Shown in pieces: positions 1 to 9,840 of a stretch of 32,000 nt of DNA. The notes under the pieces are model-generated. The model made no database searches, was not told where the DNA came from, and saw nothing but the letters and a program-made list of their open reading frames with translations. Source of the stretch: Aciduliprofundum boonei T469. GTDB taxonomy: Archaea; Thermoplasmatota; Thermoplasmata; Thermoplasmatales; Aciduliprofundaceae. How positions within the stretch are numbered: position 1 is the first letter of the stretch; every line of letters starts with the position of its first letter. Location: the NCBI RefSeq assembly GCF_000025665.1, contig NC_013926.1:690001-722000 (forward strand), in the 5' to 3' direction. A program made the position numbers and the translations under genes.

Positions 1-712
1 GCTGGAAGATACATATTCTGTGGTGGCAAAATACGATATGCCCTTGAGAATAGGAAATCTGGGTGCACCTCAATTTGCGTTGGGGTATGGAGAGGAGGAG
101 GTAAAAAAGGCCATTGAGATGATTGATGCCCATGCCATAGATATTCACTTCAATTATTTGCAGGAGGCAATACAGCCTGAGGGAGATACGAAGGTTGGCA
201 ATTTAAGGGAAAATCTTGCAGAACTTGCCAGGAAATATAAGTTGATAGCGAAGGAAACAGGTGCTGGTATAAGTAGAAATGCAGCTGAATTTTTCAAAAA
301 TGCTGGATTTAAGGCCATTGATGTTAGTGGCGTGAGCGGTACAAGCTTTGCAGCCGTTGAATACTACAGAGGTGGAGAAGAAGGTAAGCTCTTCTGGGAC
401 TGGGGATTACCTGCACCATACTGCATATTGAGCTTGAAAGACTTAAATATGCCTCTAATAGGCTCTGGGGGTATAAGAAATGGACTCGATGCCGCCAAAG
501 CCATAGCTTTAGGTGCGGATGTAGTTGGTATAGCCAGGATTTTGCTCAAGCCTGCTATGAAATCCAAAGAGGATGTGATAAAGGTACTGGAGAGGATAAT
601 AAAAGAGCTCAGAATCGCTGTGTTTTTAATTGGAGCAGAGAGTGTGAAAGAGTTGAAAAACGCCAAATATGTGGTTAGGGGTGAGCTTGCCCAATGGTTG
701 AGACATTGTTAG
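1..712 (+). CDS. fni: Isopentenyl-diphosphate delta-isomerase, type 2 (FMN-dependent), 5'-truncated by window edge
   Basis: The frame is open to position 2 with no stop. It contains NLGAPQ and the C-terminal FMN/TIM-barrel motif GSGGIRNGLDAAKAIALGADVVGIARILL, both typical of IDI-2. TAG stop at 710-712. Confidence 0.85.
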   Translation, partial: LEDTYSVVAKYDMPLRIGNLGAPQFALGYGEEEVKKAIEMIDAHAIDIHFNYLQEAIQPEGDTKVGNLRENLAELARKYKLIAKETGAGISRNAAEFFKNAGFKAIDVSGVSGTSFAAVEYYRGGEEGKLFWDWGLPAPYCILSLKDLNMPLIGSGGIRNGLDAAKAIALGADVVGIARILLKPAMKSKEDVIKVLERIIKELRIAVFLIGAESVKELKNAKYVVRGELAQWLRHC

Positions 713-1269
713 ACTCTCCCTGTCCTATTTGTGGAAAGAAAACTCTTCTTTATCGTGCCGAGGAATTAAACCTGCCGCATTTCGGAAAATGCTTGGAGAC
801 AACCATTATATGCAAGAGCTGTGGATTCCGCCATGCCGATGTAATGATGCTTGAAGTTCACGATGCTATGGAATATAAGGTTAGCATAGAGAGCGAGAAA
901 GATATGTACATAAAGGTTGTGCGCTCCACATCGGGTACACTTCTCATACCCGAAATAGGTGCAAAATTAGAACCAGGGCCTCTATCGGAAGCGTTTATAA
1001 CCAATGTGGAAGGAGTGCTGAATAGATTTGTAGATATTCTCGTGCAAATTATGCATGATAGCCCTGAGAAAAAGGATGCAGTTCTAGAAATTTTGCGTAA
1101 AATAGGTTACATAAGGCACGGGCGTATGAAAGCCACTCTAATAATAAAAGATCCTCTTGGCAACAGTGCAATCATAAGCGATAAAACAGAGAAGAGAAAA
1201 TTGAGCGAGGAGGAAACAAAAGAGCTGAAACTCGGAGAATTTGCCATCGATATCAGTGCTTTGAAATGA
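694..1269 (+). CDS. ZPR1-type zinc-finger protein (archaeal ZPR1 homologue)
   Basis: 191 aa. An N-terminal zinc ribbon with two CxxC pairs (CPICGK...CKSCGF) is followed by a ZPR1-like beta domain. It overlaps the upstream gene by 19 nt. Confidence 0.75.
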   Translation: MVETLLDSPCPICGKKTLLYRAEELNLPHFGKCLETTIICKSCGFRHADVMMLEVHDAMEYKVSIESEKDMYIKVVRSTSGTLLIPEIGAKLEPGPLSEAFITNVEGVLNRFVDILVQIMHDSPEKKDAVLEILRKIGYIRHGRMKATLIIKDPLGNSAIISDKTEKRKLSEEETKELKLGEFAIDISALK

Positions 1270-1303
1270 GAATTTTTAAATAACCAAATACTTTTCTTAG
1301 GTT

Positions 1304-2701
1304 ATGGAATTTCCGAAGGAGAACTTCAGTGAGTGGTACAACGAGGTTATCGAGACAGCAGGACTTGTTGATAAAAGATATCCTGTTAAGGGAATGCATG
1401 TATGGCTCCCATATGGATGGCAGTTGATGCGCAATATAGATGAATATTTTCGCAAAGTTTTTACGGAGCATAAGCACCAGGAAGTTTATTTTCCATTGTT
1501 GATTCCCGAAACTGAGTTTAAGAAGGAGGCAGAGCATATAGAAGGATTTGAGAATGAAGTTTATTGGGTTACCCATGGTGGTTTGGATCCATTGGATGTG
1601 AAGTTGGTAGTTAGACCAACAAGCGAGACAGCCATGTACCCCATGTTCTCCTTATGGATTCGTTCTCATGCAGATTTACCTCTTCGTATATTCCAAATAG
1701 TGAATGTGTTTAGGTATGAGACAAAACAGACCCGCACATTTATAAGGGTTCGAGAGGTACATTTCTTTGAATCTCATACAGCACATGCAACTGCTGAAGA
1801 ATCCGAAGAGCAGATAAAAGATAACATAGAGATATGGAAAAAGGTTGCGGATAAGCTTGCGCTACCCTATGTTTTAGTTCGTAAAACTGATTGGGACAAG
1901 TTTCCGGGAGCGGCATATTCTATTGGGGCTGAGACGATTATGCCCTCTGGCCGAACTTTGCAGATTGCCACAATTCACCAGTATTTTCAGAATTTCTCAA
2001 AACCTTATGGAATAGAGTATCTAAAAGAGGATGGTACCCATGATTATGTGCATCAGACCACATTCGGTATGAGTGAGAGGTTGGTTGGGGCAATTGTAGG
2101 CATCCATGGGGATAATAGGGGCTTAATTCTTCCTCCAGAAATTGCACCGATTCAGGTTGTCATAGTTCCAATAGTGAATAAGAATAAAGAAGGTATACTC
2201 CAAGAAGCAAGAAAAATTGAGAATGAATTAAAAGAACTCTATAGGGTGCACCTTGATGATAGGGATAATTACACTCCCGGCTACAAGTTCTACGATTGGG
2301 AGCTTAAAGGTGTACCCCTACGCCTTGAAATTGGACCTAGGGATTTGGAAAAAGGACAGGTTGTTCTCGTGCGCAGGGATAATTTTGAAAAAATGTTTGT
2401 CTCTCGCAAGGAGTATGTGGATAGAATAGGAGAGCTGCTAAAGGATATCCAGAAAAGCATGCTGGATAAGGCCAAAAATGAAATGGAAGAGAAGATAAAA
2501 GATGTTCACAGTATAGAGGAGATTAAAGAGCATAATGGAATTGCAGCCGTACCCTGGTGTGGAAGTGAAGAATGTGGACACAAGCTCGAAGAGCTTACTG
2601 AAAAGAAGATTATAGGAGTTCCATTTGAGAAGAAAAAGGGCAGGTGTATAATCTGTGGGAAAGAGACGGATAAAATTGCCTTCGTGGCAAAACCCTATTA
2701 A
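1304..2701 (+). CDS. proS: Proline--tRNA ligase (archaeal/eukaryal type)
   Basis: 465 aa. The N-terminus [30 protein letters not shown], the class II core (RPTSET, FRYE) and the C-terminal Cys cluster (WCGSEECG...CIICGK) are characteristic of archaeal ProRS. Confidence 0.95.
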   Translation: MEFPKENFSEWYNEVIETAGLVDKRYPVKGMHVWLPYGWQLMRNIDEYFRKVFTEHKHQEVYFPLLIPETEFKKEAEHIEGFENEVYWVTHGGLDPLDVKLVVRPTSETAMYPMFSLWIRSHADLPLRIFQIVNVFRYETKQTRTFIRVREVHFFESHTAHATAEESEEQIKDNIEIWKKVADKLALPYVLVRKTDWDKFPGAAYSIGAETIMPSGRTLQIATIHQYFQNFSKPYGIEYLKEDGTHDYVHQTTFGMSERLVGAIVGIHGDNRGLILPPEIAPIQVVIVPIVNKNKEGILQEARKIENELKELYRVHLDDRDNYTPGYKFYDWELKGVPLRLEIGPRDLEKGQVVLVRRDNFEKMFVSRKEYVDRIGELLKDIQKSMLDKAKNEMEEKIKDVHSIEEIKEHNGIAAVPWCGSEECGHKLEELTEKKIIGVPFEKKKGRCIICGKETDKIAFVAKPY

Positions 2702-2868
2702 TCAACCTTAGCTAAAATTGCTCCAAGGATGCCAAATACGATTAAGGTTATAGAGATGGAATATACTCCAATGTCAGTCCATGCATCGTATAGGAATGAC
2801 CATGAGAAGTAAAATATTACACCTATCGTCAGCAGGATCCAGCTCAAGTACCATAGCCATCGCACCAT
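2698..2868 (-). CDS. Small membrane protein, 56 aa, two predicted TM helices (absent from the ORF track, below its size cutoff)
   Basis: Hand translation gives ATG..TAA: [56 protein letters not shown]. Two hydrophobic helices are separated by a short polar loop. It fills the otherwise empty 186-nt gap downstream of the HAD gene on the same strand and is convergent with proS. No clear RBS was seen. Confidence 0.45.
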   Translation of the reverse strand: MVRWLWYLSWILLTIGVIFYFSWSFLYDAWTDIGVYSISITLIVFGILGAILAKVD

Positions 2869-2887
2869 AAGAGTGGATGTGGATGCA

Positions 2888-3544
2888 CTATAAAAACTTT
2901 TTATTTTGAAGTTCCCACAATGAATCTATTTTGAAATCTGCATATTTGATCTCTTTTCCCCTAACCAAAACTCCTATGCATCCTCCTTTTCTTGCTGCCA
3001 ACATATCTCTCTCGCTATCGCCTATCACGATACAATCCTCGCATTTGAATCTCTCCTTTATTATCTCTATGAACTTGGGGGATGGCTTTACATCCTCTAT
3101 GTACTTGTAATTCTCGTAATCCTTGCCAATGACAAAATCAAAGAGTGATGCGATGTTAAATATGGTGAGAACATAATTTATGCAATCTTTGGAGGATGCA
3201 CTCCACGCAATTTTATATCCATTCAGGTATGCAATGGCCTTTACATCATTGTACAATTTTAACCTGTTTTGCCTGTACATCAATTTGCGATACTCAAGAT
3301 TCCTTACATCCACTTCTTTCCAGAATGTTTCAGCGGGAACACCAAAATTCTCACTATACCTTCTGCTCACCTTTCCATCAATCATACCCTTCCACACTGA
3401 GAAATCCAATGGAATGCTGTATTTCTCTGCAACTGGTAGGGCTATAAATTCGTACCATTCATAAAGATTAAAACCAACATATTTCACGAGAGTATCATCC
3501 ACATCAAATATCCAGCATCTCACGGGGGAGTGATTTAGAAGCAT
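2888..3544 (-). CDS. HAD-superfamily hydrolase
   Basis: 218 aa. It has HAD motif I (FDVDDTLV), motif III/IV (KPSP...IVIGDSERDMLAARKGG) and an AT-rich TATA-like sequence upstream. Confidence 0.8.
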   Translation of the reverse strand: MLLNHSPVRCWIFDVDDTLVKYVGFNLYEWYEFIALPVAEKYSIPLDFSVWKGMIDGKVSRRYSENFGVPAETFWKEVDVRNLEYRKLMYRQNRLKLYNDVKAIAYLNGYKIAWSASSKDCINYVLTIFNIASLFDFVIGKDYENYKYIEDVKPSPKFIEIIKERFKCEDCIVIGDSERDMLAARKGGCIGVLVRGKEIKYADFKIDSLWELQNKKFL

Positions 3545-3595
3545 GTACTTTTATTTTGCGTAGGAAAATTTTTATTGCATATTGCATTTTTCTCC

Positions 3596-4786
3596 ATGGG
3601 TGATATTATGACTGAGAAAACTTTGCATCTTAAAAAGATGCTGGAAGATATGAAGGCTCGCGGTGAAACATGGGAACTTTTGCGTCTTTTCGGCCCCTCT
3701 GGTCCAAGGGTTGTGGTGGAAGGAAAGCATGCGGTTATGCTCGCATCCAACAATTATCTTGACTTGGCAAATGACCCAAGATTGAAAGAAGCAGCGAAGG
3801 AAGCTATTGAAAAGTACGGCTGGGGTGCGGGAAGTGACTGGAGCATTGCTGGCTATACAGATCTGCAGGAAAAATTGCATAAGAAAATAGCTGAGTTTAA
3901 AGAAACACCTGCGGGTTTGGCGTTTCAGACTGGGTTTGCTACAAACGCAGGTACCCTTGCAAAAATAGTGGGCAAGGGAGATGTTGTTGTTAGTGATGAG
4001 CTGAATCACGGAAGTATAATTGATGGTATAAGACTCTCTAGGGCGGATAAGGTGATTTATAAGCACCTTGATATGGGCGATTTGGAGGATAAATTGAGGC
4101 AAGTACACGATAAATATGAGCACATTCTTGTGGTGACTGATGGTGTTTTCAGCATGGATGGAGACATTGCTCCTATGGATGAAATTGTGAAAATCGCAGA
4201 TGAATATGGTGCCATGACCTATGTGGATGATTCCCATGGTGAGGGAGTACTTGGTGAGGGCCGTGGTATAGGACATCATTTTGGTGTCCAGAAGAAAATT
4301 GATTTTCAAATGGGTACATTCTCCAAAGCTCTTGGCTCCATGGGAGGTATGATTGCCGGAGAAGAATATGTTATTGAATACATATACAACACTGCTCGCA
4401 CATGGCTGCTTAGTGCCGCATACCCTCCAGCAGTCACAGCTGCCAATATAAAATCTTTGGAAATTGTGATGCAGGAGAAAGATAGAGTGCAGCGTCTCTG
4501 GGATAATCGCAATTACTTCAAGAAAGAGCTTGAAAGCATGGGATTTGACACATGGAAGAGTCAGACCCCTATTGTGCCTGTTATGGTGAGAGATTCAAAG
4601 AAGGCAAAGGAGCTTGCTCACAAGTTGTTTGATGCTGGAGTGTTTGCACTGCCAATAGTATTCCCAATGGTGCCTAGAGGATTGGAAAGAATAAGGAATC
4701 AGATAAGTGCCGGACACACGAAAGAAGATCTGGATTATGCATTGAATGCCTACGAGAAGGCAGGAAAAGAACTTGGATTGATTTAA
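3596..4786 (+). CDS. kbl: 2-amino-3-ketobutyrate CoA ligase (glycine C-acetyltransferase), PLP-dependent alpha-oxoamine synthase family
   Basis: Family motifs are present: NNYLDLANDPRLKEAA, SDELNHGSIIDG, DDSHGEG and the PLP lysine in GTFSKALGSMGG. The ORF opens at TTG 3575. ATG 3596 or ATG 3608 is the likely start, given a TATA-like AAAATTTTTATT at about 3565-3576. It sits directly upstream of tdh. Confidence 0.88.
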   Translation: MGDIMTEKTLHLKKMLEDMKARGETWELLRLFGPSGPRVVVEGKHAVMLASNNYLDLANDPRLKEAAKEAIEKYGWGAGSDWSIAGYTDLQEKLHKKIAEFKETPAGLAFQTGFATNAGTLAKIVGKGDVVVSDELNHGSIIDGIRLSRADKVIYKHLDMGDLEDKLRQVHDKYEHILVVTDGVFSMDGDIAPMDEIVKIADEYGAMTYVDDSHGEGVLGEGRGIGHHFGVQKKIDFQMGTFSKALGSMGGMIAGEEYVIEYIYNTARTWLLSAAYPPAVTAANIKSLEIVMQEKDRVQRLWDNRNYFKKELESMGFDTWKSQTPIVPVMVRDSKKAKELAHKLFDAGVFALPIVFPMVPRGLERIRNQISAGHTKEDLDYALNAYEKAGKELGLI

Positions 4787-4839
4787 TCGATCTTCCAAAA
4801 TTTTTAATCTTTTAATTTATTTCCCCCTTGGTGACTACT

Positions 4840-5787
4840 ATGAAAAGAATACTTGTAACTGGTGGTCTTGGACAGATTGGCTCTAATCTCGTCCCATTCT
4901 TGAGAAATAAGTATGGCAAGGAAAATGTCATTGTGGGTGATATAAGGGAGCCAAGCGATGATGTATCTCCCTTCGTGAAATTGGATATTTTGGATAAAAA
5001 GTCCTTGGAGAAGGTGATTGATGAATACGATATTGATACCATATACCATCTTGCAGCAATACTCTCTGCTAAGGGAGAGCAGAACCCACAGCTTGCATTC
5101 AATGTAAACATCCTTGGCCTTTACAATATCCTTGAAGTTGGAAGAGAGTTTAGCTTGGAGAGAATAATGGTTCCTAGCTCTATAGCTGCATTCGGACCTG
5201 AAACACCCAAGGATAATACTCCAAACGATACTGTGCTTAGGCCCAGAACCATGTACGGAATAAGCAAAGTTACAGGAGAGCTCCTTGGATTATATTACTG
5301 GGAGAAATACGGCTTGGATGTTCGCGGTGTTCGCTATCCCGGCATAATAAGCTGGAACGCCATGCCTGGAGGAGGAACAACCGATTATGCTGTTGAGATA
5401 TTCCATTACGCTTTGCGAGGAGAAAAGTATGTTTGCTTCCTAAAGGAAGATACCGTGCTCCCAATGATGTACATGCCCGATGCAATAAAGGCACTGACAT
5501 CTCTGGCAGAGGCACCGAGTGAGAATTTAATACATCGTACAGATTTCAATGTTCAAGCCATGAGCTTTGCACCTAAAGATTTAGTCGAGGAGATAAGAAA
5601 GTACATACCTGATTTTGAAGTTGAGTACAAACCAGATTACAGGCAGAAAATAGCAGATTCATGGCCTCGCAGTTTGGATGATTCAGCTGCTCGCAAAGAA
5701 TGGGGATGGAAAGCTGATTACGATATGAAATCCATGGTGAAAGATATAATAAAGAATCTAAGCAGGAAGATGGGTGTGGAATTATAG
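4840..5787 (+). CDS. tdh: L-threonine 3-dehydrogenase, SDR/UDP-glucose-4-epimerase-like type
   Basis: It has a Rossmann motif (ILVTGGLGQIGS) and an SDR YxxxK (MYGISK). The call rests on its pairing with kbl, as in the known SDR-type TDH of Thermoplasma, and could instead be a generic NAD-dependent epimerase. A GGTGA RBS lies 5 nt before ATG 4840. The ORF track start at 4828 is a TTG. Confidence 0.75.
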   Translation: MKRILVTGGLGQIGSNLVPFLRNKYGKENVIVGDIREPSDDVSPFVKLDILDKKSLEKVIDEYDIDTIYHLAAILSAKGEQNPQLAFNVNILGLYNILEVGREFSLERIMVPSSIAAFGPETPKDNTPNDTVLRPRTMYGISKVTGELLGLYYWEKYGLDVRGVRYPGIISWNAMPGGGTTDYAVEIFHYALRGEKYVCFLKEDTVLPMMYMPDAIKALTSLAEAPSENLIHRTDFNVQAMSFAPKDLVEEIRKYIPDFEVEYKPDYRQKIADSWPRSLDDSAARKEWGWKADYDMKSMVKDIIKNLSRKMGVEL

Positions 5788-6522
5788 GCTCTTTACAAAT
5801 TCTTCCACGCTTAAATCTCTCTCTTTTGCCATCTTTTTCATAATTTTCCAAATCCCACTTCCGTACTGTGCCGCCTTCTTTTCCCTCTCTACAATTTCCT
5901 TTGGCACACCCAGATACCTTGCTGCTTCTCTCAACACATATTTTCTAACTCCATTTTTTATCTTTAGCTCCTTGGGTATATTCCTTGCAAATTCAATTAT
6001 TCTTTTGTCTAAATAAGGGGTATGTAGCTCTTTTCCAAGCAGGGTTGCGATTTTTGTCTCTCTTGGCTTTGTTTTTGCCATAAGCTTGTTTAAATCCTCG
6101 CTCATCAGTTCTGGATTTTCCAAATATTTTGCATACCCGCCGAAGAGCTCATCGCTTCCCTGGCCGGTGTAAACATCCCTCTCATCTGCGTATGAGCAGA
6201 CGAAATACAGTGGAAGTTCAAAAGACACTTCTAATGCACTTATAGATGGTTCGATTCTTTTTAAAAACAGTATTCCTTCAAGAATATCGTACTCGTTAAT
6301 ATCTATGATTTGAAGTTCGAGCCCTAAAGTATTAGCCGCTTCTTCTGCATTTTTTACATCTTTGCTTCCCTCAATACCTACAGTATAGAGCTTTACAGGG
6401 CAATCTTTCATAAGGTATGCGAGTACTCCACTATCCAATCCTCCCGAGAATGCTAATGCTGCATCCCTGCACTCAACTGCATCCTTTAATAGTTCAGCAA
6501 GTACTCTTGCTCGGTCATCCAT
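5782..6522 (-). CDS. Asparagine-synthase-like PP-loop ATPase (AsnB C-terminal domain only, no glutaminase domain)
   Basis: 246 aa. It has the PP-loop AFSGGLDSGVLA and the AsnB-type GQGSDELFGGY. A TATA-like CTATAAATATAAT lies about 20 nt upstream. It overlaps tdh convergently by 6 nt. Confidence 0.75.
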   Translation of the reverse strand: MDDRARVLAELLKDAVECRDAALAFSGGLDSGVLAYLMKDCPVKLYTVGIEGSKDVKNAEEAANTLGLELQIIDINEYDILEGILFLKRIEPSISALEVSFELPLYFVCSYADERDVYTGQGSDELFGGYAKYLENPELMSEDLNKLMAKTKPRETKIATLLGKELHTPYLDKRIIEFARNIPKELKIKNGVRKYVLREAARYLGVPKEIVEREKKAAQYGSGIWKIMKKMAKERDLSVEEFVKSL

Positions 6523-6554
6523 ACCTGCAAATTGTGGACATTATATTTATAGTT

Positions 6555-8228
6555 TCATAAGCTTTCAAAATCTACACGCTCATCAACTAAATCCTCTAGT
6601 ATTTTTGGAATTGCGTCAATCCTTACCCTTTTCTGCTTTGCAGAATCCCTTTCTCTTATGGTTACTGTGTTATCTTTCAAACTTTCATAATCTACAGTTA
6701 TGCAGAATGGCACACCTATTTCATCTGCTCTAGCGTATCTGCGCCCAATCGAGCCAGAGTCATCGTAATAAGAGGTGATGCCACCTTCTCTAATTTTGTT
6801 TAAAACATCTCTTGCTACTGCATCAAGTCCATCCTTGGCCATGAGTGGGAAAATAGCTACTTTGATGGGTGCAATCTTTGGTTTTAACTTTAAAACTTTG
6901 TAGCCCGTATCCTCTCTCTCATAAAAAGAATGCTCAAGTACGGCATACAATATCCTATCGATGCCAAATGAGGGTTCAATCACATGGGGTACGAATCTCT
7001 CCCCACCGATGACCTCTTCTTCTATTTTAATTTCGTAGGCATCCCTCGGTATCTTTACATTTTTGCCTTCAATTTCAATTTCTATGTTTCCGTCTACATA
7101 CTCCATACTTTCGAGTATTTCTGCAATCTTTTTTGCATCTTTTTTGAACATAGGACCCAAAATTTCCATTCTCGCGCGCAGTTTTTTGATTTTTATCTTC
7201 TTTGGCTCTTTGAACCTTCGGATTGCAGTCAAGTCCCTGCCAGAATAGGTCATGTGTCTCTTCAAATCGTAATCTCCTCTATCGGCTATACCCGTGACCT
7301 CAACCCATCCAGATGATAGGAGTATCTCGCAGTCCCAAGTATCACGAGAATAATGGGCAAGCTCCTCCTTAAAATGCTGACGAAATCTAACACGATTTAA
7401 ATCTATGCCTAAAGCGTCTAAAAATTTCACAATTTTTGCCATATAGTATCCGATATGGGCGTTCATGAGCTTTCTCTCTACAGCTTCCTTTGGAGATAAA
7501 TTCAGTTCTTCTCCCTCGCGAGTGAGAAGATGCAAATTCACATCTTCTAAATTATTCAAGATATCCTCATCATAAGGGTCCACGAATAGTTCTATCTCGG
7601 CCATATTAAACTCTCTTAATCTTAAGAGTCCCTGTCTGGGACTTATTTCGTTGCGAAATCCCTTGCCTATCTGTGCAACTCCAAGAGGCAATTTTTCTCG
7701 ATTTAGACGATACATTATTGGGAAATTGACAAATATGCCCTGTGCAGTTTCAGGTCTTAAAAATGCCCGTTTATCGAGACCCACGGTGGTAGAAAACATT
7801 AGGTGGAAACTCTCTGGTTCCGTTAATTCTCCCCCACAATCAGGGCATTTTATGCCATGCTCTTTTATCGCCTTTGATATACCTTTTTTGTCTAATTTTT
7901 CCGGGTTTTCCACAACTCCTTTTAAAAGTCCATCTGCGCGAAATACATGGCCACATTTTTTGCATCTGACCATATAATCTGCAAATTTTTCAGCATGGCC
8001 AGATGCAACATACATAAGTTCAGGGCCAATATTGGGGCCATCAAGCATTAATAATCCATCTTTGATAACAAACTCATCCTTCCATACCTTTAGAATATTC
8101 TCTTTGAGCGCTGCTCCCAAGGGACCATAATCGTAAAATCCCCCTAAACCCCCATAAATTTCATAGGATTTCCAGTAAAATCCTCTTCTCTTTGCGATTT
8201 CCATTATGTTTGCGCGAGAATCACTCAT
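6555..8228 (-). CDS. glyS: Glycine--tRNA ligase (alpha2, archaeal/eukaryal type)
   Basis: 557 aa. Typical GlyRS features are present: RGFYWKSYEIYGGLGGFYDYGPLG, RPETAQG, GKGFRNEISPR and IEPSFGIDR, plus an anticodon-binding C-terminus. Confidence 0.95.
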   Translation of the reverse strand: MSDSRANIMEIAKRRGFYWKSYEIYGGLGGFYDYGPLGAALKENILKVWKDEFVIKDGLLMLDGPNIGPELMYVASGHAEKFADYMVRCKKCGHVFRADGLLKGVVENPEKLDKKGISKAIKEHGIKCPDCGGELTEPESFHLMFSTTVGLDKRAFLRPETAQGIFVNFPIMYRLNREKLPLGVAQIGKGFRNEISPRQGLLRLREFNMAEIELFVDPYDEDILNNLEDVNLHLLTREGEELNLSPKEAVERKLMNAHIGYYMAKIVKFLDALGIDLNRVRFRQHFKEELAHYSRDTWDCEILLSSGWVEVTGIADRGDYDLKRHMTYSGRDLTAIRRFKEPKKIKIKKLRARMEILGPMFKKDAKKIAEILESMEYVDGNIEIEIEGKNVKIPRDAYEIKIEEEVIGGERFVPHVIEPSFGIDRILYAVLEHSFYEREDTGYKVLKLKPKIAPIKVAIFPLMAKDGLDAVARDVLNKIREGGITSYYDDSGSIGRRYARADEIGVPFCITVDYESLKDNTVTIRERDSAKQKRVRIDAIPKILEDLVDERVDFESL

Positions 8229-9093
8229 AATCTACACCCACTAAGGATGCAACTAAATCACTATCGTAAATCATTGCAATTAAATCATCGTGGGTATTTC
8301 TTACGGGCAATTGAGAGAAGTTGTTTTTACGCATTATCTTTGCCGCTTCCCAGATTGGGGATTTTGAGAATATGGTGACTGGATCTTTTATCATGGCTTT
8401 CTCAACTGGGATTTTAGGTAATGTGACTTTCTCTTCCATATAGAATAATTTTATCACATTGCGAAGCCCTTCCCAAGTCCAAGAGTCCTCATCGTCACCA
8501 AGTCCAAGCTCTGAGATGGCAACGCTTTTATCAACTTCTGCCTTCTCAAATAAGTCTCTATCTGTTACTATTCCTTTCAATTTTCCATCGTCATCCACAA
8601 CGGGAAATGCTGGTAGAGATGAAAGGCTCATAGCGCAGAAAACCACGGGTAGGGGAGTGCAGAGATGCAGGGGAAAGCATGGTTTTGTAACATACTTCTC
8701 CACCGGCTCCGATATCTTCCTCTCTTCTATGACTTCCAAGAAATCTTGGGGAGTTATTACTCCAATAACATTTTTTTCATCGTCTACAACAACTATATGC
8801 CTCCTCCCATATCTTAGCATAACAGAAGCTGCATACTCAATACTATCATCCTCTTTCACAGTAGGCACATCTCTTCTCATAAGAATTGCGATTTGCTCCT
8901 CCCCAGGATTCTCAAAAATATCGCGGCGAGAAACTATACCTAAGAACTTTCCTTCTTCGTTTATAACGGGCACTCCTGTTATATTGTATTTTACAAGAGT
9001 TTTTAAAACATCTTTCTTTGTGCCCGGTGCTTTGACGCATATGGGGTTTCTGGACATTATATCGCTCACCTTTGTTTTCAAAGCTATCACCAC
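8221..9093 (-). CDS. CBS-domain protein (two CBS pairs)
   Basis: 290 aa with four CBS-like repeats (for example ITGVPVINEEGKFLGIVSRRDI, HIVVVDDEKNVIGVITPQDF, AFPVVDDDGKLKGIVTDRDL). GTG start. It overlaps glyS by 8 nt, so it is probably co-transcribed. Confidence 0.85.
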   Translation of the reverse strand: MVIALKTKVSDIMSRNPICVKAPGTKKDVLKTLVKYNITGVPVINEEGKFLGIVSRRDIFENPGEEQIAILMRRDVPTVKEDDSIEYAASVMLRYGRRHIVVVDDEKNVIGVITPQDFLEVIEERKISEPVEKYVTKPCFPLHLCTPLPVVFCAMSLSSLPAFPVVDDDGKLKGIVTDRDLFEKAEVDKSVAISELGLGDDEDSWTWEGLRNVIKLFYMEEKVTLPKIPVEKAMIKDPVTIFSKSPIWEAAKIMRKNNFSQLPVRNTHDDLIAMIYDSDLVASLVGVDYE

Positions 9094-9122
9094 CTACCCA
9101 AAAAAATTACTTATACATAAAC

Positions 9123-9794
9123 TTATTTGAGAGAACCAATGTTATTTGCTAGATCTTCTAAGGATAGAAAATTGAAATCAGCTTTAGTATTTGCCGGGGG
9201 AGTGGCGCCGAATCCTCTTCTTTTTATCCACACAGTTTTCACTCCTAATTTTTTTGCGGGAATTATGTCATGGTAGATACTCTGAGCAGTGTGAAACCAA
9301 TTGGATTTATCTACCTGCATAATATCCTTGGCATATTTGAATACCCTCAAATCTGGTTTATAAGCTCTAACCATTTCTGCGGTGATGATAAAATCAAAAT
9401 CCACACCTAAATTTTTAATGGTCTCTTCAATAATATCGTTATCCACATTTGAGATTATTGCAATTCTAAAATCTTCCTTTATTCTCATCAATGCATTCTT
9501 TGAATCTGAAAATGCTGGCCAATTGGGTATGCTCTTTACCAAGGCATATTTCTCCTCCTCTTCAAGCTTAATACCCAGAACTCTCCCAATTTCACCCATT
9601 ACTTCTTTTAAAATCTCTTTGTATGGCTTGTACTCCTTTTCTGCTCTTGATTCTATCTGGGCATACAGAGAAAGAATGCTCTCTCTTCTCTTGTTTATCC
9701 CTCTTCTTGCAAGAATCTTGTTAATGGTATTCCATATACCTTCCTCCCAGTCAATCAGAGTTCCATAGCAGTCAAAGGACATAACTGGTTTCAT
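9123..9794 (-). CDS. HAD-superfamily hydrolase, 2-haloacid-dehalogenase-like subfamily
   Basis: 223 aa. Motif I is FDCYGTLIDWE, with a conserved ISN and KPD..F downstream. Confidence 0.8.
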   Translation of the reverse strand: MKPVMSFDCYGTLIDWEEGIWNTINKILARRGINKRRESILSLYAQIESRAEKEYKPYKEILKEVMGEIGRVLGIKLEEEEKYALVKSIPNWPAFSDSKNALMRIKEDFRIAIISNVDNDIIEETIKNLGVDFDFIITAEMVRAYKPDLRVFKYAKDIMQVDKSNWFHTAQSIYHDIIPAKKLGVKTVWIKRRGFGATPPANTKADFNFLSLEDLANNIGSLK

Positions 9795-9840
9795 AGTTTA
9801 TCTAAAAACTACAAATACATAAAAGTTCTTACTTTCCACT

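Noticed and set aside
3572-4309. 245-aa ORF antisense to kbl
   Set aside because: It is a shadow ORF fully inside a strongly supported gene on the other strand. The sequence is low-complexity, has no motif and is typical of antisense frames in AT-rich coding DNA.
8459-9130. 223-aa Ser-rich ORF antisense to the CBS-domain gene
   Set aside because: It is a shadow ORF. Its extreme S/T/F bias is produced by the complement of K/E/D-rich coding sequence.
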